Origin: Promethearchaeota archaeon
GTDB taxonomy: Archaea; Asgardarchaeota; Lokiarchaeia; Sigyniarchaeales; SOKP01
Assembly (NCBI GenBank): GCA_011364975.1
Contig: RDOE01000004.1
Coordinates: 14,205-78,204 of the forward strand
Direction of reading: 5' to 3'
DNA: 64,000 nt
The notes below the pieces were generated by a model. The model saw only the letters and a program-made list of their open reading frames with translations. It was not told the origin of the DNA and searched no databases. Positions 57,815 through 64,000 of the stretch are shown piece by piece (the stretch's first letter is position 1; every line of letters begins with the position of its first letter). Both the position numbers and the translations under genes were made by a program.

Positions 57815-58699
57815 TTATAATAATTTTGAGAGTTCTACAAATTTCCTTTGGATCTCTGTTTTTATATTTGTTGAGATACCCGAAAAGGAGTTAACTGAAA
57901 ATTTAATTTTTCCCTCTTCTATTGAAAATTCACACACTTTACCATCCATATGTTCTACAGAATAAGTACCATCTTCCTTTTTTGAAATCCAGATATCATC
58001 AAAAAAATCTAGAATACTCATAAAAACGAATCCTATCTTTGCTTGCATCGATAAATCTTTAGGGTGAACTACAGTCACTTTTGGAAGAACACCTGATTCT
58101 TTAGGGGGCACCTGTTCTGGTTGAGAGTCATGAACTACTGTTTTTGTAATTACAGGTTTCATATCATATTCTGAGGCAACAACCATTTTAGGTTTAGCTT
58201 GTACTGTAGTTTCCGGTTTAGGTGGAGAAGTAGGCGTTGGAGATGGTTTGGGGGTTTCTACAGGTTTAGGGCCTGCGATAGGCTTGGGCATGACTGTTGG
58301 TTTAGGTGTTGGAATACTGATGCCTTTAGTATCAAAGGTAACAATATAATTTTCAAGTTCTTTATATTCGCGATTTAAAATATCTTGAAGTTGCTCATTG
58401 AGCTTATCAGTTTCAGGATCTCGGCCAATCTTTCTCTCATCAATTTCCTTTAATTCTTTTATGTCTCTTCCAACGATACTTTTACCTATTGTATAACCAT
58501 GTCCCTTTAAAGATTCTGCTTGTCTAAGAGCCGTCCTTCTCGCTACTAATCCTTGTTTTGCGCCATGCCATAAAAATAAGGAAGATGATCCCTCATCTAA
58601 AATGATGATATTTTTATCAGATTGAAGATTCTCTTTTCCCCAGGTGATAGGTTCACTTACTCCCCCTTCTAAAACATTAAACATTAATGCATAATCCAT
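57815..58699 (-). CDS. Gelsolin-domain protein with Pro-rich linker and C-terminal domain (1DGelX-like architecture)
   Basis: N-terminal LQSDKNIIILDE....LFLWHG.K.....R..A...A fits the gelsolin repeat. Linker PTPKPTVMPKPIAGPKPVETPKPSPTPTSPPKP; globular C-terminal domain. Confidence 0.7.
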   Translation of the reverse strand: MDYALMFNVLEGGVSEPITWGKENLQSDKNIIILDEGSSSLFLWHGAKQGLVARRTALRQAESLKGHGYTIGKSIVGRDIKELKEIDERKIGRDPETDKLNEQLQDILNREYKELENYIVTFDTKGISIPTPKPTVMPKPIAGPKPVETPKPSPTPTSPPKPETTVQAKPKMVVASEYDMKPVITKTVVHDSQPEQVPPKESGVLPKVTVVHPKDLSMQAKIGFVFMSILDFFDDIWISKKEDGTYSVEHMDGKVCEFSIEEGKIKFSVNSFSGISTNIKTEIQRKFVELSKLL

Positions 58700-58852
58700 A
58701 ATCTTAACTCGTTATTAGTTTTAAATCATCGATCCAAATATAATATAAAATAAATAGTGTTAATAAATTTAAAAATTGAGTTTTTTTACTTTTTTAATTA
58801 AATAATAATAAGGAATTAGAAGAATGGAAAAAGAAATTCGGAACTAAATCTT

Positions 58853-58963
58853 TCAATCAATTTTAATTCCCGTAGATGTTTTAATATACTCTCCATGTGG
58901 TTTACTTTCATTAAGTAAATCAGTATATAATTTTACCCAATTGGAAGGACTTTTTGCTTCCAT
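58853..58963 (-). CDS. Possible small protein (36 aa)
   Basis: MEAKSPSNWVKLYTDLLNESKPHGEYIKTSTGIKID, a less AT-rich patch in an AT-rich intergenic region; no homology recognised. Confidence 0.25.
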   Translation of the reverse strand: MEAKSPSNWVKLYTDLLNESKPHGEYIKTSTGIKID

Positions 58964-59082
58964 GTATTTTATTCTAATGAGATTAAAAGACAAAAAATAA
59001 ATTTCATTAAATAATTAAATAAAGTAATAAATAATTAAGATAGAACGTTTAATAATCGCTCTTTACGAAGTGAAGTAACGTT

Positions 59083-60174
59083 ATGGATTTAGAAAATTTA
59101 TTTCGAGATATACTGAAAAATTATAGTGCATATGAACCAGGAGAGCAACCTGAAGAGGATGGATGGATAAAATTACATACAAACGAAAATGCGTTTCCTC
59201 CCATCCCCGAGGTAATAAAGGATATAAAAGATGCAATTCAGGAAGGAGATCTAATTCGGAAGTATCCTGATTCATTGGGTTTGGAAGTCCGTAAAGCAAT
59301 TTTAAATCAACTTCTGAGAGATAAGGATACATTAACGAATCGAAACACCGTATTCATAGGGAATGGGTCTGATGAGATATTAGATGTAATCTTTAAAGTA
59401 TTTATAAATTCTGGAGATGAGGTAGTTATGTTTTATCCTACATATGGATTATATAAAGTAATTGCTACCTTATATGATGCTAAGATAAGTGAGATTAAAC
59501 TGAATGAAGATTTCACCCCTCCAGAAAGTATATTTAACCAAAAAGGTAAATTAATGTTAATTAACTCTCCAAATAATCCTAATGGTAAATCTTTTAATAA
59601 TGATGTAATCCTAAAAATATGCAATACATTTTCAGGAATAGTGGTTGTCGATGAAGCATATGCTGAATTTTCTGATTATACCTGTCTCTCATTATTGAAA
59701 AAAGTTAATAATTTAATTGTTATTAGATCCTTCTCAAAAGGATTTTCCTTAGCATCTTTGAGAATCGGTTATGCCTTAGCTGATGCGACAATTATAAAAG
59801 AAATGAATAATGTAAAATTGCCTTACAATACAAATATAATAGGTCAAATCGCTGCTTTATCCTCAATTAAGCATAGAGTAAAGATTTATGAGCAAAATAA
59901 AAAGATTGTAGAAGAAAGAAAAATTTTAACCGAAAAATTAGAGAATTTCAATGGAATCAGTGTTGAACCATCAGATGCTAATTTTATATTCGTTAAATTT
60001 GATGATAAATCTACTACGCTAAAATTCTTATGGGATTTAAAAGATTTAAAGATTTTAGTTAAACATTTTAGTAAACCAGGTCTTTATAACTACCTTAGAA
60101 TAACAATTGGTACTAAGGAAGAGAATGAGAGATTTTTTAAAGCTTTCAGCGACATCGCAGCTAAATACTTGTAA
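59083..60174 (+). CDS. hisC: Histidinol-phosphate aminotransferase
   Basis: YEPGEQP, KLHTNEN, GNGSDE, SPNNPNG, VDEAYAEF, RSFSKGFSLA.LRIG. Confidence 0.93.
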   Translation: MDLENLFRDILKNYSAYEPGEQPEEDGWIKLHTNENAFPPIPEVIKDIKDAIQEGDLIRKYPDSLGLEVRKAILNQLLRDKDTLTNRNTVFIGNGSDEILDVIFKVFINSGDEVVMFYPTYGLYKVIATLYDAKISEIKLNEDFTPPESIFNQKGKLMLINSPNNPNGKSFNNDVILKICNTFSGIVVVDEAYAEFSDYTCLSLLKKVNNLIVIRSFSKGFSLASLRIGYALADATIIKEMNNVKLPYNTNIIGQIAALSSIKHRVKIYEQNKKIVEERKILTEKLENFNGISVEPSDANFIFVKFDDKSTTLKFLWDLKDLKILVKHFSKPGLYNYLRITIGTKEENERFFKAFSDIAAKYL

Positions 60175-60321
60175 TAACTTAACAATTTAAATCAATATTA
60201 AATATTTAAATGACCAATATATTTTTAATTGGATTGAACATTACTTTATTTGTTTTAACACTATTTACGGGGTTGGTAGATCATTACAAATTTATTTTTT
60301 CCAGATAAAAAGGATGAAGTA

Positions 60322-61458
60322 GTGTGTCCTTTCTGTGGCTATAAAATGGTTAAACCATACCCTGCTGATCGTTTGTGTCTAAAATGTCATAAATATTTAC
60401 CAAATTTTGATGAAAAGACGCGAATCTCAGAAGATACTTCTAAAATAGCTGTAAAAAAATTTGAAACAAAAACTGAGCGTGCTTCAGATAAATTTAAAGG
60501 AGTACGGGTTAAACCAAAAGGTGATACCTCTTTATTTGAAGATGATCGCATCTTTCTGAAAGGAGAGAAAGAGTATATAAAATTTTGTGGAATAACTTCA
60601 AAAGATCGGACTCAATTATTTTACACTAATGAAAAATTAAAATATTTATTAGAGTTAACCAATAACTTAGATTATATTGCTACAAGTATTCTTGGTGGGG
60701 ATCTTGACAAGATGCTTTTAGTAGGGCAAGACGATTTACAGGAAAAATGCCAATTTTATGAAAAAGAAAATGTTATTTATATAGTCTATGGAGTTTTTCC
60801 TGATAAAAAAGGAAAATGGATCCTTGAACAGATGGTAAAAAATTATGAAGATTTAATCCACAATAAAAATGTTGACGATCTAAAACCTATTGAAAAATTT
60901 GAAATAAATAAAAAATTCGAAGCTAGACTTCGATCCATCTTTAAAGAATATCTACAGCTCCAAGAAGTATTTACTGATCAGGAAATTCCGTATTTGGAAG
61001 ATTGGATTAGAATTGATTATCTTGGATTATCATCGATGTCTATAGGTGTCATTTCCTTATTATTAGATGAAAGCGGTAAATTGAAAGTAGATGTACCAGG
61101 AGAATACGATGATCCTGATGAAGAAATCGAAATGAAAGAATCATTGCTAACCGCTAAAATAGAAGCAATAGCAGCTAATACTTTAGGAAATACGGGAGCT
61201 TATCCTCGATGGATTGCTGTAAAATTAGGATTTCAGCATTATCGTTTCCTAACCTTTAAAAAGTATCATAATGATTATTTCTTATCATTTTTGTCCGAAG
61301 GAAATCTTAAAAAAATTGAATCAGTAGAAGAAAAATTGACTCCAGTATTATATCATGGTATAGACAATCCTTTCTCGGGAAATTTAAAACCATTTAATAA
61401 ATTAAAGAGTACAATTAAGGATATGCTTTATAATATCGCTGAACGTAAATTTTATTAA
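60322..61458 (+). CDS. Zn-ribbon protein with possible longin/roadblock-like alpha/beta domains
   Basis: CPFCG...CLKC at the N-terminus and two alpha/beta segments with a longin-like pattern (tentative). The frame is open back to 60280, so the real start may be ATT 60283. Confidence 0.55.
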   Translation: MCPFCGYKMVKPYPADRLCLKCHKYLPNFDEKTRISEDTSKIAVKKFETKTERASDKFKGVRVKPKGDTSLFEDDRIFLKGEKEYIKFCGITSKDRTQLFYTNEKLKYLLELTNNLDYIATSILGGDLDKMLLVGQDDLQEKCQFYEKENVIYIVYGVFPDKKGKWILEQMVKNYEDLIHNKNVDDLKPIEKFEINKKFEARLRSIFKEYLQLQEVFTDQEIPYLEDWIRIDYLGLSSMSIGVISLLLDESGKLKVDVPGEYDDPDEEIEMKESLLTAKIEAIAANTLGNTGAYPRWIAVKLGFQHYRFLTFKKYHNDYFLSFLSEGNLKKIESVEEKLTPVLYHGIDNPFSGNLKPFNKLKSTIKDMLYNIAERKFY

Positions 61459-61548
61459 GTTTTACATCGAATTTTTATACTTAAATTTTTTAGATTAGGT
61501 TTATTTCTTTTACTTAATTGAATAACCTGATTATATTTGCTTTAATTT

Positions 61549-62556
61549 GTGGAAAAATTAAATCTTAACAAGGTATACGAGGATTTTAAAAATAAAATCA
61601 TTAACAAACAAAGCTTTCTTGGGATTATTCAATCTATCATCGAGGAGCATGAGGATGAGTCTCTTAGATTACAAGCAATTGATCTCCTTAATAACTTAAA
61701 ATTTAGAGATAAATCTCTTTTTACATTTTTTGAACATCTATTAATATCAGATATAAATGAAAAAATAAGAAATGCTGCTATGCTTTATATTAGCAATAAT
61801 TTCTTGGAGAAATCATTATCGCTATTTAAATGGGTAATCAACCATGAAACGTCCTATAAATGTCAAGTAACACTCACCCAATCTTTTCAGAAACTTAGAC
61901 TTCCTGAATCAAGAGATATATTAATTAATATTTTAAAGAAGATAACGAAAGTGAGGTTTCTAAGCCAAGAGAAGCAATATGAAAACCGAAAACATCGTAA
62001 AGTATTAAAATCATTATTAAAATCTGAAAAATTTAGCAATATTGATCATGCCCTTCTTTCAGATATAATTTTAAACTTTTTTACAATTAGACATCTTATA
62101 AAGATATTTCCAAACGTATTTTTTGAATTAAATCCCGAGACTGCATTAATTGAACAATTGGATTTATCTGATTATTTAGAATACGAAGTTAAAGGTACTC
62201 CATGGGGTTGGAAAAACAATATTGACAGATTGTCTAAAATTGAAGGACTTTGGAATCTTAAAGCTCTTAAAGTGTTGGATTTATCCAATAATTTATTGAA
62301 CGATATAAAAGAGATAGTTGCTTTAAAAAATCTGACTCATCTTAATTTAACTAATAACAGAATTGGTGATCTCAAAACTCTTACGTACATTAATGAACTA
62401 CACAATTTGAAATATTTAAACTTGGAGGGAAATCCATTAAGTCATAAAATAGATTTAAAAGATTTTAATAAAGATCTTGAACTAGTTCTTTCCAATAAAG
62501 ATAAAGAGCTTGAGTTAATACTATCTAAGAAATTAAATAAAAAAATAATAAATTAA
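61549..62556 (+). CDS. HEAT-like N-domain + short LRR (SDS22/internalin-type) protein
   Basis: FFEHLLISDINEKIRNAA...KWVI.HE, then LKVLDLSNNLL, LTHLNLTNNRI, LKYLNLEGNPL. Confidence 0.85.
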   Translation: MEKLNLNKVYEDFKNKIINKQSFLGIIQSIIEEHEDESLRLQAIDLLNNLKFRDKSLFTFFEHLLISDINEKIRNAAMLYISNNFLEKSLSLFKWVINHETSYKCQVTLTQSFQKLRLPESRDILINILKKITKVRFLSQEKQYENRKHRKVLKSLLKSEKFSNIDHALLSDIILNFFTIRHLIKIFPNVFFELNPETALIEQLDLSDYLEYEVKGTPWGWKNNIDRLSKIEGLWNLKALKVLDLSNNLLNDIKEIVALKNLTHLNLTNNRIGDLKTLTYINELHNLKYLNLEGNPLSHKIDLKDFNKDLELVLSNKDKELELILSKKLNKKIIN

Positions 62557-62564
62557 TAATATAT

Positions 62565-63935
62565 TTAAACCGAAGTAAATTCTGTTTTCTTTCCAATACC
62601 AAATAAACCTAAAGAAACACCTAGTTCTTTATGATCTTTGGCATAATCTCTTACAGGAATTCCCTTCATCACAGCATCAATTGCTTGTCTAAATGCTTTG
62701 GCTCCTGCTATTGGACCATCGGGATGAGCATGGATTCCACCCCCACTTCCTATCATGATGTTTGTACCTAGATCACCTACGCATTTTTCAACTAAACTCG
62801 GAGTTATACCTCCACTTGGCATAGGCATTGTTCGTTTGATATGAGGAGCATTACGCATAGGCATAACCATCATCCTAGCAGTTTCTTTAAATCTGTCTGT
62901 TAACGTAGGTGCTTTACCATAAGGTGCGGGATGTACTATAAAGTCGCAACCGGCAAGTCTTCCAAATTTTCCAAGAACTAAGGGACTTGAAATTCCGCTT
63001 AAAGGATCTTGGAATATAGCCCCTGCAAAATCCATATGACCCAAGATTGGTACCTTAACTGAAGGATCTTCTGCAAGCTTTCTCATAGCAGAATACCCGA
63101 CTGATACATGATTAACCATTAATGCATTTGCACCATGTTCTTGGACAATATCTGCCAGTTCAAACATTCGTTCAACGCGATCAGTAATATTTACTGTATA
63201 TAGAGTTTTTTCACCCTTTTCTGAATCTGCTCTGTCTAAAGCTTCCATGAATGTGGTTACTCTTTCAGTTATAGGATTGAAGTCAACATCAGCAATCAAT
63301 TCATCATCCTTAATGACATCACACCCACCAACTGCCGCTTGATAGGCAAGATCAGCTCCTATTTTTGGATCTGAGTAAACACAAGGTTTTATCATATTAT
63401 TTAATAGTGGTCGTTCTTTAACATTTAAAATTTTTCTGATTCCTGCATCACCGAATTTAGGGCCCTTAAATTCTTTTAGAAATGCTTTAGGAAATCGTAC
63501 ATCTACCATTTTAAGTGGTCCGCCCATTGAGATGTTACCATAAATTGTTGTGAATAGCATTGGAAATTGAGGTTTAAAATTTAAAGGATATGCAATTTGA
63601 ACCACATACTGATACATTTTTGGGCTACCGAAGAAATCTTCTGCTCCTTCGTATTCGAAATCTGGAATCCGCCACCACCCAATTACTTTAGCTACATGTT
63701 TTCTTCTCTGTTCAGGGGTTTCTTGAGGTACTGGAACAAAAGTACCTGTAGATTGTTCTACACAAACCGCCTGCATCATATAAAACGCATCCATTTTTCT
63801 ATGGAGCATTACAGTATAAGTAGCAATTATATGAGTTTCATAGTCAATATCTTCAGGAAGTGCGTTAGGTTTAGCAAGATTTTCTAAATCAAATTCATCA
63901 AATTGTTTTGGGACTTTCTCAGCCATATTTATCAC
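62565..63935 (-). CDS. RuBisCO-like protein (form IV)
   Basis: EQSTGT, GPKFG..G.R, IKP, DVIKDDE, PSGG, GGGIHAHPDG..AGA.A.RQA. The carboxylase HRA and loop-6 motifs are replaced by HMDFAG and HPAPYGK. Confidence 0.88.
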   Translation of the reverse strand: MINMAEKVPKQFDEFDLENLAKPNALPEDIDYETHIIATYTVMLHRKMDAFYMMQAVCVEQSTGTFVPVPQETPEQRRKHVAKVIGWWRIPDFEYEGAEDFFGSPKMYQYVVQIAYPLNFKPQFPMLFTTIYGNISMGGPLKMVDVRFPKAFLKEFKGPKFGDAGIRKILNVKERPLLNNMIKPCVYSDPKIGADLAYQAAVGGCDVIKDDELIADVDFNPITERVTTFMEALDRADSEKGEKTLYTVNITDRVERMFELADIVQEHGANALMVNHVSVGYSAMRKLAEDPSVKVPILGHMDFAGAIFQDPLSGISSPLVLGKFGRLAGCDFIVHPAPYGKAPTLTDRFKETARMMVMPMRNAPHIKRTMPMPSGGITPSLVEKCVGDLGTNIMIGSGGGIHAHPDGPIAGAKAFRQAIDAVMKGIPVRDYAKDHKELGVSLGLFGIGKKTEFTSV

Positions 63936-64000
63936 ATTATATAAGTTAAGTTATTACGCCTATTAAAGGTAATAATTAAAAATGTTTTAGAATTTATAAA

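Noticed and set aside
58190-58320. G-rich repetitive stretch on the + strand as a G-quadruplex or regulatory repeat
   Set aside because: It is the complement of Pro codons in the gelsolin protein linker.
1028-63887. Numerous 60-130 aa ORFs antisense to or nested in long genes (e.g. 1028..1258, 23085..23456, 35573..35917, 40095..40406, 48074..48466, 63597..63887)
   Set aside because: They overlap well-supported genes and have no recognisable motifs, so they are treated as shadow ORFs.
62565-63935. CO2-fixing form III RuBisCO completing the AMP phosphorylase pathway
   Set aside because: The HRA and loop-6 carboxylase motifs are replaced, which indicates form IV.
1-64000. tRNA, rRNA, transposase or integrase genes
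   Set aside because: I recognised no GC-rich structural RNA island or mobile-element motifs by eye; tRNAscan-SE/Infernal would be needed to exclude them formally.

Overview
AT-rich archaeal chromosome segment, most likely from an Asgard archaeon of the Lokiarchaeia/Promethearchaeia type. This is inferred from a gelsolin-domain protein, a family of HEAT+LRR paralogs, an EAP30/ESCRT-II-like protein, archaeal ATP-dependent DNA ligase and AMP phosphorylase, and a eukaryote-type SECIS. All family assignments come from motifs recognised by eye; no searches were run. Main result: a compact operon at 39032-43064 encoding a UFMylation-type conjugation system. It has a UBA5-like E1, a UFM1-like modifier that already ends in Val-Gly, and a UFC1-like E2. 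It also carries a JAB/MPN isopeptidase, which seems to start at a non-canonical ATC, and an ATPase-less Cdc48/p97-N-domain + Zn-ribbon protein. A wHTH/EAP30-like protein and an SPFH protein follow. Second result: an hdrA-mvhD selenoprotein operon (32913-35358), fragmented (hdrA) or absent (mvhD) in the ORF track, with four in-frame UGA codons at conserved Cys positions and one AUGA/GA-type SECIS hairpin directly after mvhD. The rest is mostly anaerobic amino-acid and redox metabolism: 2-oxoacid:ferredoxin oxidoreductase, an FrhB-PyrK/NfnA fusion, a GltD/NfnB-like protein, two AORs, serine dehydratase, a LutAB-like pair, a split UxaA/SuyAB-like dehydratase and a form IV RuBisCO-like protein. 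There are also housekeeping genes and a tandemly duplicated ABC ATPase + permease-CAAX protease module. I recognised no rRNA, tRNA, CRISPR array or transposase.
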